From Vicugna vicugna (Eukaryota), in NCBI GenBank assembly GCA_013265495.1, contig MU058844.1:11802184-11866183 (forward strand): a stretch of 64,000 nucleotides of DNA. The letters run 5' to 3'. The position numbers and the translations under genes were made by a program. Below, piece by piece: positions 38,695-49,785 of this stretch. Numbering within the stretch: the stretch's first letter is position 1; each line of letters begins with the position of its first letter. A model generated the notes under the pieces. It saw only the letters and a list, made by a program, of their open reading frames with translations, ran no database searches and was not told the DNA's origin.

Positions 38695-39127
38695 TGACAG
38701 TTGTCTATTGTGGGTACTCTCCATGGTCTCTTTTCCTTAGAAATAGAACCCATAATTTTTAGTTGGGCACATGGCTGCCTAGAAGAAACTACATTTTCCA
38801 GTCTCTACGGCAACTAGATAAAGCCTTGGAACTATAAACAGGACAACTGGACGAGGAAGAATCTTTAATGAAACAGGATGTACCCTTTTAATTAAGTGGA
38901 ACTCAATTATCCACTCAAGGCCTAGAGCTGGATACCAAACTGATGATGGTAGGCAAAAAAGAGAGCCTCGTTCCCTGACAATTTCATGAAGTCACCCTAC
39001 CAGTCATGGATGGATTACTTCCAGATATACTTTACATGAAAAAGAAATAAACTCCTATCTTATACTATTGTTATGTTGACTTTTTTTTTTTTACCATTTG
39101 CAGCCAAATCTCATTATCTCTTACACA
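38695..39127 (+). mobile_element. MLT1 (MaLR) LTR
   Basis: ttagttgggcacatggctgcc...actacattttccagtctct...gaaataaactcctatctt...tgcagccaaatct. Confidence 0.7.
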
Positions 39128-39859
39128 ACTACCCTGATCATTTTTGCTATTTTCTTGAGTTCTGTTTTTTCAAAAGTTTATAAAAATCATTAAATATCCT
39201 TTCCTAACATTTAAGAATATTCTGAAATGCTGACCAGACACTCTTTACATTTGTTTGAAAAAGTTTTTAATCTGATAAGTGGCATGGTAAAAACATCCTT
39301 ATAAATACAACATTGCTTACCACAGAGTCTTAGTGGAATATCAGATGTATGATTGATATGTTGGCTAACCAAAGAGATCAACCAAAATTCTATTGAAAAC
39401 AGTACTTACAGTGGTCAAGTCTTAGGCCAAGGCCATTTATCAAAGTGGAGGTTTGACTAAACCTGCAGAGATGCTAGCCATGGTCAGGAGAGAAAAATGG
39501 TTTCTCTTCCATCGAATCCAGACAAGTCATTGTGGGTACACAGAATATTAGAACAGAGTGCTGTGACATTCGCTTGTAGTTAATTGCATAAAGTTAAATA
39601 ATTTAGTCTTTTATTGATAATTTATAATTTCTTAATTTTATGCTGAATTGCTTACACTGAGAACTCTAAGCCTAAAATTACTTATTTTCTTTTAACTGAC
39701 ATTTCTTGCATAGACAATGCCGTCCTAAAACACAAAAGGAATAATATAATTTTAGAACTATAAGTCATTTAGAATTCATTCATTCCAAACCTGACGTTTT
39801 ACAGATTGAATGATCCAAAGAGACTCTTGAACTTAACTAAATCTTTCTCAGTATAATTT

Positions 39860-40200
39860 TTTGTTCATTCACTGATTCATTCATTCATATATTAATCCAT
39901 TTAATTACTATTTAATTATTATGCATAAAGCACTGGGTGTTGGAGCACAGAATAAGGCCCTAGCTTGCATATATTTTCAATTTAGTGGGGAAGAAATAAA
40001 TTATTCAGGTGATTAAAATACAGTAGAAATTAAGGTGCTGTAAGTATTAGCACAGGTGAAGAACCACAGGAGAGAAAAGGAGGGAAAGAGCAAAGGGGTA
40101 ACGAGCAAAGACTTTCTGGAGAAAGCTGCCTTGGGCGGCACCTGAGAGGATTTGAACAGGTGAGGACAGATGGAGTGGACATTTCAGACAAAAAAGGGTG
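39860..40200 (-). mobile_element. L2 LINE 3' fragment
   Basis: ttcattcattca tail and aaagactttctggaga...ctgagaggatttgaa motifs. Confidence 0.6.
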
Positions 40201-41090
40201 ACTTTCTCTTTAACTTGTAGAGTTATTTTCCATATGAAGGTTTTTTTCATATATTAAATTTAAATTACATTTGAATGAGAAAGTAAAATCAAACCATTCC
40301 TTAAGAAGCCAGAGGTGAGAGAATGGTGACTCTGTAAAGCTTGACATCATTGTTAACACTGCATTAAAAAGTGATATTTACCAAGGTACAAATGAATCTC
40401 CAAGAAGCTCCCCAATGGAAGGGACATGCTACCATACAGCATCTGGAGAAAATGAGTGTAGTATGGCTTAAAAACCAAGATCTATGAGCTACTGCTCATG
40501 AATGTCATAAATTAAGTGACTGAAAAAGATGTCAGTAATAAGTTAAACAGTAGGGTTTCAATTTACAAGTGAAAACCCAGACAAATGTGCAGTATCAAGG
40601 AAAATAACATTTCATTTTCCTTCATAATGCAATGAATTAAGCCGTCTAGGATTCACACATTCAATCAGAAAGTGTTTAAAATGCAAATGGCATTTAGAGA
40701 AAAGTGATGATGTCTGCAGAAGTTTTTACAAATAAATCTTTTTTTACATTATAATATATATGCAAATAGCCCCCCTTTTCTCACATTTGTGATTGGTTAT
40801 GATTATGATTACGAGAGAGATCTAGGATTTAACGAGGCACTTTATCAGTAAGCAGTACTGATACCATATGCATATTCAAAGAATTTGGTTCACAACTTTT
40901 ACAACAACTGTAAACTATAAATACAATTCTAGATAGGCTAAATATTCAGCTTTTCAGCTATATAAACTACTTACTGTCTTACACCAGTATTCCCCTACTG
41001 CTCCCCGTTTCACAACATGCTTTATAGTTCACCTGAAGTGCAATTTGCATTTTAGCTTTGTAAGTCTATAGGTAACCCACAGCCACTAAC

Positions 41091-41333
41091 CTTGCTGTCT
41101 TCTGTCTCCTTCGTTTTTCCTTGGAGGAGTTTCTTCTCTTCAAATTCACAAGTTGAGTGTAATGTGAGCTGACAAGAAAGCATTGAGCTCTCTGTTTCAG
41201 TAAGTTCCAAAGGTCTTGAAGAACAGTGCTGTGACCCAGTAGTGCCAAGATTTGGTATCGGAAGAGCAGTATGAACAGGCTTTGACCCAACAGCTGGCTG
41301 CCTCAATTCTGAGGCAACCCCAAGTACAGGCAT
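41091..41333 (-). CDS. NAV3: Neuron navigator 3, first coding exon (aa 1-81, N-terminal region preceding the calponin-homology domain)
   Basis: Translation MPVLGVASELRQPAVGSKPVHTALPIPNLGTTGSQHCSSRPLELTETESSMLSCQLTLHSTCEFEEKKLLQGKTKETEDSK matches the recalled NAV3 N-terminus (human MPVLGVASKLRQPAVGSKPVHTALPIPNLG...KEDSK|IYTDWANHYL). Start context gaagccATGC. Similarity ends exactly at the phase-0 donor AAG|GTTAGT (41090-41085), giving 243 coding nt. Confidence 0.96.
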
Positions 41334-41900
41334 GGCTTCTATAAAAGTGTCTTCTTGCTGCCAAAGAAAATGCTTCTAACCTCAGTCTGGTAGACTCCAA
41401 CTTTAGTATTTCCAGAACAAATACTTTAAACAAAACTAGCAGTCATCATGATTTAAAAAAAAAAAAGCTAATAATATAACTCTCAAGAAGAGGCAAAATT
41501 CCCCTTCATCTTTAGCTAAGTATCTTTCTTTCTTGCTGGCTTGAATTTTCATATTCTCATTCTCTTATATATCCATTCTCTCTCTCTCTCTCTTCAGTCA
41601 GCCAGTGACCATGTAATATTAAATACTCCTCTGGGAAGTAAGCTTTTCTTGAAGGTAACTGCTACAAAGCTCTTTTTCTAGGATTAAAGAGCTCCTAGTT
41701 TTACTTTTTTTTTTTTACCCCTCACTACAGCAATCTGAGTCTCAGCATTGCGAGTGAAAAAGAGGAGAACAAAAGCAAAGACCTTCAGTTCAAGTGTCAA
41801 AGCAGCCAAAAAGTCCACAATAGAGGAAGGACAGGCGTTCTTCCTGACTTCAGAAATAACCAGCCTACATTCTCTTTTTAAAGAAAATTGTATTTCTCCC
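41334..41900 (-). other. NAV3: Probable 5' UTR of NAV3 exon 1 (TSS position approximate)
   Basis: Sequence free of interspersed repeats directly upstream of the ATG, containing a (GA)n tract and T runs on the sense strand. The 5' limit is inferred from my recollection of a several-hundred-nt leader in human and is not visible in the sequence. Confidence 0.5.
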
Positions 41901-42200
41901 AGCTTTAAAAAAGAAAAGAGAAAGAAAAAAAAAAGGACACGTTTAATGGCCAAAACAAACAGCTGCTGGAAGAACTTTTAGCCCGGAAACAATCTCAGCA
42001 ATGAAGCTGTTTGTCTGATTTCCAGCTATTTTTCACTACTGACAGCCATAAACCACGGTGTGCATTCTGTTTCATCCCATGAAATCAGGTTAAATTCATG
42101 CAGTAGCAGCTAAAGCTGCTAAATGATTCAGCAGATTACGCCTGCCTAGGTTACAAAATATCGTAAATACAGAAATCAGGGCACCAGATACATAGTAATT
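41830..42200 (-). promoter_or_regulatory. NAV3: Putative non-CpG-island NAV3 promoter
   Basis: Repeat-free block between the leader and the first MIR (about 42215). Contains ETS cores (CTTCCTG about 41840, CCGGAA about 41982), AP-1/CRE-like TGACTTCA (about 41846) and E-box CAGCTG (41960-41965). No CpG island or clear TATA box. Confidence 0.45.
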
Positions 42201-42214
42201 GTTTTTAAATTTAA

Positions 42215-42425
42215 TAATGGTGATAATAAAAGTATTTATACCTAATACATACGTGAAGAGTACTAGACGGCAGTTATGGGGCAAGCGCTTTATGCGTTGT
42301 CACACTTAATCAATGGAATGGCTCAAAAATAGGCATAATTCTTTTTTCCACTTTAAAGAAAGGATAACTCAGATTCATCTGAGTGATTTGACCAAAGTCA
42401 TACAGTTAGAAAGTGGAAAGTCCTG
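42215..42425 (-). mobile_element. MIR SINE flanking the promoter
   Basis: gagtgatttgaccaaagtcatacagttagaaagtgg core. Confidence 0.7.
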
Positions 42426-43776
42426 CATCATTTAAAGAGTAATTTAAAAAATTATCTTAGAAGCAATTGAAAATAACATTATTATTCAAGCTCATTAAAT
42501 CCAACTTAAAATCCTAAGCTTCTGAAAAGCGTTCAATGGTATACTCAATGACCATGAACAACAATGCTTCTATTTGTACAATTATTTTATGATAATCAGA
42601 TCATGTCTCATTTCTGGTAAAAGCACATCAGGATCTATAACAAAAGCAAGGGGTAAGTTTTTAGGAAAACATGGGACAGCATTATTCTCTTTAAAGCAGT
42701 TGTATTTTGATAACAGAGAAATTTTTCCACCATTAAGTAAATATCATAGTTGAGATTTCAAAAGCAAATTTCTACCTAATAACAGGATGTTTTTGATTTT
42801 ATATCCTTTATGTGGAAGAATTCTGTAAGACACCAATAGATTTACTCTTCTTTTTAAAAAACAAATTATATACATTATATTTATAAAATATTTTAAGAAT
42901 CAGTAATATTGCAAGTAAAGTTCCTAGAAAAATGAATGGACATTTAGTATACATTCAAGAAATAGTGGTAATTATAAGAATAATAATTATTATTGTAGAA
43001 AATCTCTCTCTATAGTAAAGGAATTATTTTTTGTCTGTCATTTCCAGCTCTAAAATTATTATGTACTTTTAGGTAAGAAGGGGTAATTTACAGATAAAAG
43101 AGACAGTAATTGAAGTCAAATGTATTTCCTCTTTTGATAGAAGTATAGAAGAAATTCAAATACAAGTTAGAAACCTTACAAATTTTTTAAAAAAAGTAAC
43201 CCAAGTGGGCTTTACAGAATGGGACAATAAGCCACAAATAAAACACTAGTGGGGATAAAGAAATGAAATGATCACTCTGAAAAGTATGTTACTTTATACT
43301 TTACAAATCATTTATCACACTTACTCTTCCAGAGACTATAAGATATTGCAAAGCAGGAGATGTTCAAGGAACTAAAATAGAGTTCCAATTATAATTTGAA
43401 TTATAATTTGAGAAGATACACACATCTTGTAAGCCTCACACTGCAAACAAAATAGCATACCTAAAATAATAGGACTTGTGGGGAAACTAGGTTCTGGGAA
43501 GACCATTCAAAACATATGCAACTTTGGGAGCAGATCACTAGCAAAAATCATAGTGGTACTTTGGAGGATAATTTGGACCACCCAAGCAAGCAGCTCAGCT
43601 CAGAGTTAAAAACAAAAACAAAAAACAAAACAAAAAAATTGAATAGAAGTGCTGGCAATACTTTAATTAGAATTAGTGGAAAAAATCTAGTTGGAAGGCA
43701 AAGTCTGAGCCAAATGGTTTGCCACTGAAATGGGCACAGGGGGCAGTGCAATCTGCAAATATTTAAGTCATATAGG

Positions 43777-44025
43777 GGATTAACTTATATACACTACTAT
43801 AAATAAAATAGATGACCAACAAGAAACAACTGTATAGCACAGGGAACTATATTCAATTTCCTGTAATAACCTATAATCCTATAATGGAAATGCATTCAAA
43901 AAGAATATATTTTATATACATACATACATATATATATATGTATATATCTGAATCACTTTGCCATATACCTGAAATTAACATAGCATTGTAAATAAACTAT
44001 ACTTCAATGAAAAAAAAGAGGGAAA
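43777..44025 (+). mobile_element. Short 5'-truncated LINE-1 3' end with target-site duplication
   Basis: actgtatagcacagggaactatattcaa...ctgaatcactttgccatatacctgaaattaaca...poly(A). TSD aagtcatatagg (43765-43776) / aagtcacataag (44026-44037) at a TT|AA site. Confidence 0.9.
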
Positions 44026-44814
44026 AAGTCACATAAGACAAAGGCTATGCTCCTTTGGTAAGGAAGCCCTGGATAGAGAGATTTATTTTTTAGATTTTCT
44101 TAAAACTGAGCCAAAAGGGCACCTGTTGATTATATGGTATCAAAGTTGAGGCTTTCTTTTCCTACCCAAGGTTATATTTCTACTCTGATTGGTCTGTCTC
44201 CCTTGGCCTAACTTATATCACATAAAGCTACATAACTGCTACATTATAGCAATATAATTCTATTTACCAATTGTAAATAAGCTAATTGGTATTTCAAAAA
44301 TATATGATGGACAAGAGCACACTGTAATTCCTGATACAACCAAAATGAAAAACAGTGTTCACATGGAATAAGGCACCTTTTCACTTTGAAATGCTTTTTG
44401 CTTATTAGACAATATCACTTCATTAGGGCTGAACATAGGATTGAACATAACTGTCACTGTTGATAGTCTATGAAATAACACCTACCACCAAGAGCAATAA
44501 AAACAAGTTAACTTATTACAGAGGATTTACCGTCATCCATTTCATCCCAAAAGTACAGCATCTTGAATAGGAGACAAAGGCCCTGAGAGGTAATTAGCAT
44601 AAAGTCATAGAAAATGAGGTTTCTCAAACTGGGTTCAACAAATCACCACCTGGAGTGCTAACAAAACTATGGATTCCTGAATTCACCCCCAGCCTACAAA
44701 ATAAGAACTGTGAGGCAGAGGGAGAAGTTTGATAACTAAATTTAAATAAATGGATTAATTCTCCTATACACTAAAATTTAAGATCTATGTTTTACGTGAT
44801 TTGTAGCTTGACAA

Positions 44815-45045
44815 TTGGAATGGACTCTAAAAAGCTTGACTACCTGTGGTCGAATCTTTGCTACCTTACTTACTAGTTGTATGAATTTGGCACTTGCTGT
44901 GCCTCGGTTTCATCTTTTATGAAGTTGGAAATAGAATTGTACTTTCTTTCAAAGAAGTAGCTGTGAAAATTAAACAAAATAAATGTATGAAATCATTAAA
45001 ACTGAGTCTGCCGTATAAGTGCTCAATAAATGTTAGCTATTAATG
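44815..45045 (+). mobile_element. MIR SINE
   Basis: cttactagttgtatgaatttgg...tgtgcctcggtttcatct...aagtgctcaataaatgttagctatt. Confidence 0.8.
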
Positions 45046-45464
45046 GTATAAGAAATATAGTGACCTTGAGAATTACTGAAGTAAGGTCAAGAGGCATAAC
45101 TGAAGAGTTTGGCCAGATCATAAGAGTTAACAGAACTGAACTTGGGAAAACCCTAAAAATAAATTAATAGTCTTTTTTTTTCCCCCATCAAATCTAACAG
45201 GAAAAGCAGCAATGGCTTCTAAAACACACTGCCTTCTAAAGCTAAAATTAAGTTGAAGGGTAGTAAGAGAATTCCAATCAGGCTAGATTTTAGTAACAGT
45301 GATTTTAAAAATAAATAATAAAACCTCAAGAAATGACAATCTGCTAACTATCATTTATTTGTAAGAGAGTGGAAAAGATAACCAGCTATCAGCACTATAA
45401 ATATGCTTGCGAAAGGACAAAATACAGTTGGTAGTCAGCTCTGACGTTTGCTAAGATCTTATAT

Positions 45465-47900
45465 TTAATGGCTAAATTGAAGTAAAATTTACACAGCATA
45501 AAAGTCAACAATTCTAATGAAATAGATCAATGTCACCAGCATCATAATCAAAATGCAGACCCTTTCCTTCACCCTAAAATCTCCTCTCATGCCCCTGTGC
45601 AGTCAATGTCCCACTCCCAACTCAGGCCACCCATGAAGTGCTTTCTGACACTACTTTTGTCTTTTCTAGTACATATTTAAGTGAAATCATGCAGTATATT
45701 GGTCTGACTTGCTTTCACATCACATGATATGTCTGAAATTTATCCATGTTATGTGTATCAATAATTCTTTCTTTTGTATGGCTGAGATATAGTTCATTGT
45801 ATGGATATGATACAATCTGTTTATGCATTCACCAGTTGAAGGACATTCGAACTGTTCCCAGTTTCAGGATATATGAATAAAGCTCTATAAAAATATGCAT
45901 ATGGTCTGCGTTGATATTATTTTATTTTCTTATGGATAAATACCTAGGGGGGGATTGGTGGGTCATTTGAAAAGGATATGTTCAGTTGTATAAGAAACTT
46001 CAAAAATTTTTCCCAAAACATACCATTTCCAAAACATACCATCAGCAATGTATGAGAGTTTCAGTTGCTCCACATACTCTTCAATACTTCACACTGTCAG
46101 GCTTTAACTTTATCCATTTTAGTGAGGTGCAGTGGTCTATCACTGCAGTTTTAATTTGAATTTTTCTAGTAACTTACTGATGTGGTGTTTCTTTTCATCT
46201 GTTTACATGCCATGTCATCCATATATCATTGTTGACAGGTCTGTTCATAATGTTTGCCAATATTTTTATTTGTTTATTATTGAGTTTTAATAGCTCTTTA
46301 TATTTTGGATACAAGTTCTTTCTCAGATATATTTTTGAAAACATTCTCACCTAGCGTGCAGACTGCCTTTTGTTGGGAGAAAATTCTCCCTATATTTCTC
46401 ACATTTCTGCTATTTTGTGGGCATATTTTATGCCTGACTATCTTTTCTGGGAGTCTGAATAGTAATAAGCCTTAGATGATGGAACTAAATAGCCTTGGAA
46501 GATAGAAACAGTGTCCCTTCTGAAGCAAAGAGTAGGTTTATCTACTGTACATTTTAATAAAGATCAGTCTCCCTCGAGGAAAAAAAGTGATGCAAGTTTG
46601 CTTGCAACTAATTATAAGAGATTTGTGTTCCTCAGGCTCAAAATTCCTCTCTGGTAACACAATCCACTGCATATGCAGACATTACCTGGTCCTTACCACA
46701 TTGTCCTGTAGAAATTGAGGCTAGAGAAACTTGCACAAGAACATATGATATTCTGGCTACTGCTGTTGCTGTAAGTAATAAACTGAATCTGGTCTTTAAC
46801 AGAGGAGTCAAATGTCTTCTGCCAGCACCCATATATTACGAGTATATGCCAGGTCAACTTACTAGCTTGCAAACAGAGTAAAACCTCAGACCCCTCACAG
46901 TCCTTGACACCGTTCAGTTATCTTACAATTGTCTTTTAACAGTATTGCCAGTTTCTGCTTTATGTATTTAAAGCTTTATCAGTGGCTTCAAACACATTTA
47001 GTATTATTATTTCTTCTTGATAAGTCAGCTTCTCTAACAGCCATAATAAAAATGCTTTCTTTATATTTGTTAATATTTCTTATTCTAAAGTCTACTTTAA
47101 CAATATAACAAATATAAAGAAATTGGTGTTTCTTTTAATTAGTGTTTGGTATAACTTTTCCATTCTTTGTGTCTTTACAGCTAAAGTGGATTTTCAGTGG
47201 GTGATGCATATTTAATTTTGTTTTTATTCTCTCTGACAATCTGTGCCTTTTAATTGGAATATTTATACCATTTCATATGAAAGTAATTATTGATGTGATT
47301 GGTTAAGTCTACCATCTTACCATTAGTTTTCTATTTGTTCTTTATCCTTTTTCCCTTTTCCTGCCTTGTTTGGATCAATTCCATTTTTTAATGATTCCCT
47401 TTTATTTCTGCTATTGATTTAATTACATATAGTTCTATGCTTTAACACTTTGTTTGGTCTTTGTTTGTTTCCTCTCATACACATACAGTGTAGTCCTCTA
47501 CCAAACACTGGAGAAAACATCTCTGTAAGTTTTCAGTGTTCATTCTCACTCTCTCATTCGCTCTCTCATTAATTTGTCTTTGTCTCTTTCGATGGCCCCT
47601 CCTTGCTGGTACTCTGAAAAATTTTAGACCTCTAGGTTTTTCTGAAGTTTGATTTCAGTCTCTACAACTCAGAACAACTGCTGGATTCTACTTGGGTTCT
47701 CCATCCCTACTCTGGGATCTGGATACTGCCTCCAAGAAATAAGCTAGCACAATAATAGGACTGGTTTTTAATGATCTTTTTTCAGGTATCACAGACCTGT
47801 GCTGTCTTTTGTCCAATGGCTAAATAATGTTGTTTTATATATTTTTGTCCAGTTTCTAACTGTTTAATACAAGAGAATAAAGCAGATCCCTGCTAATGGT
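45465..47900 (-). mobile_element. Old L1M-type LINE fragments interrupted by an LTR40-like element
   Basis: ttcattgtatggatat..., ggataaatacctagg...ggattggtgggtcat, cagcaatgtatgagagtttcagttgctccacat and tctgacaatctgtgccttttaattgga motifs in reverse L1 orientation. Confidence 0.8.
46371..46909 (+). mobile_element. LTR40-like ERVL solo LTR inserted into L1
   Basis: Starts tgttgggagaaaattctcc, contains agccttggaagataga, ends cacagtccttgaca. 5-bp TSD ccttt / ccgtt. Confidence 0.8.
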
Positions 47901-48131
47901 TAGAAGCATAAATAAATAGACAGATTCTTATATTTTTTTCTCCATTCCGTCCTGAAAACTGTTGGGTATTAGTTTTTCACAACAGACCTCAAGAATGTCA
48001 TTGGTGTATTAGTCACCTTCATTTAGTGAGAGAACTTCCCTTAAACCTTAGAGAAGAAATAATGTGTACTGACATCTTGCAAAGTTTTTTCCTGACTGAT
48101 GGGTTAGATTGTCTTCCAGATCTAATGAGGA

Positions 48132-48183
48132 AATAATAATAAATAAATAATAATAAAATAAATAAATAAATAAATAATAAAAA
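48132..48183. repeat. (AATA/AAT)n simple repeat
   Basis: Direct reading. Confidence 0.9.
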
Positions 48184-49649
48184 TACAGCATACAAAGAGC
48201 ATGGAGTTAAAACTATTCTCGAAACTTGGCTTGAAATACTTAAAACACTGAGGTCTGTTTTAGAATGTCTTTTTTCAGAATCCCCAATGGCATCATTTTT
48301 TTTTTTCAGATATCTGGGAAAAATCCGATGCAGAGAGAACTATTAGCCATATAGTATATTTGAGGGGGCAATAAGCCAAGGTATGCCTTTATTGTGGTAC
48401 TAAGCAGGGAAAAAGAAAGGAAGCCAGCTGGCTGAAATATAAAAGCAGGTGATGAGTACAAAAGAGTCAATAATAAAAAAAGCTAATAGACATTTGGAAA
48501 TGCAAACGATATCCACTACAAATGAAGAACAACTCAGGAGACGTGAAAACTTATTATACCAGCTCTATGGCATACATTTAGCATCTTACAGGCTTCCTGA
48601 CAATATACTACTGATACAGTTGATCGAGCAAATAAAATTCACCAAGTTCAGAAGGCCTTTTAACCATAAAGTATAATGAAAATCAAATGCAGTAGGCTTT
48701 GAAATGGCATTGCATGTTGATACTCTCCCTTTCAGAATCACCCTTCAAAGTCAAAAATAGACACATCTGGAGAAACAGCTATTTTATTAAGACAAAATCA
48801 CTTTGATAGTCTTGTCACATCAATTTGAGTGCTCCAACAAGACAGTAGACCTTACAAATTAAAGAAATACTCAAAAAGGACATAAATAACTTTCAAAATA
48901 GTTACATTTGAAAGGACTATTCCTGTCAGCATGTAAGTACACAAATATACTGTGTTATGAAGGTAAATAAAGGGCCCTTAACCAAGTCTTGACAGTTAGG
49001 TCCTGGGAAATGCAGTCAAGTAATTTTAAGCATAACAATATGTAAAAACACTATTTTTTAAAGGTATCTTTTTAAAAAACTATCATCTTCTCGCCACTTT
49101 CATTATTTTTAGCTATTTTTGAATATTATATATAAATGAGAATTGGGTAAAATAAGGAGAGATGTCACAGCAAAACCTGTTTAATAGGTATCAATAAAAA
49201 TGTTCTTTGCAAAGGTTGTACTTTCTAGTTGTCAATAATTTGCAGGAGTGCCACTTGGGATATTATACATTCTCATATCCCAAGCATCCTAGGGCTTGAA
49301 ATATAACCACTACTTTTACTCTTTCAGAATAAAAATGTTAACTATCCCCTGCTTTATTTCAGATATATGGAGGGTGCACCAGGATTCTTTCAGGAATTCA
49401 GAATAAATCTCTTTAAAGTTCTCTTTCTAACTTTACTTTTATATTTTAACCCACAACATAAGTTAATTGCTGCATGTGATCAGAAATGTCTCTTAGCTTT
49501 AGCAAAGGGAATTTTAGATATAACTAACTTTCATAACCATTCTAGGAGACCACCCAGAAAACCCATCCAAATCAATAGCTTCCCAAAGGTGGTCCTTATC
49601 AGACCATGCAACATTTTACTAGAAACTCTGGGGATATTTCATAAACAGC

Positions 49650-49785
49650 TGTGTATGTGTGTGTGTGTGTGGGTGAGAGAGAGAGAGAGAGAGAGGCTGA
49701 GAGAGAGAGAGAGAAACAGAGACAAAGAGAGGGAGAAGGAGATGAGAGAAAGGGAGGGAGGGGGACAGAGAGACAGAAGGAGGAG
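49650..49785. repeat. Compound (GT)n-(GA)n microsatellite with purine-rich extension
   Basis: Direct reading. It explains the low-complexity RE/ER-rich ORFs 49367-49837 and 49651-49881. Confidence 0.92.

Larger units (their letters stand above)
1..41090 (-). other. NAV3: NAV3 intron 1 (continues beyond the left edge of the window)
   Basis: Begins with the GTTAGT donor. I found no exon encoding the expected next residues (IYTDWANHYLAK...) in the window. Confidence 0.85.

Noticed and set aside
41052..41090. Last 12 codons (VSGCGLPIDLQS) of the 93-aa ORF-track call
   Set aside because: Read-through into intron 1 past the GTTAGT donor. Similarity to NAV3 stops at K81, and I saw no nearby sense poly(A) signal supporting a short isoform.
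41318..41337. p53-like CWWG cores spanning the start codon
   Set aside because: The first half-site matches poorly, and the sequence is explained by Kozak and coding constraints.
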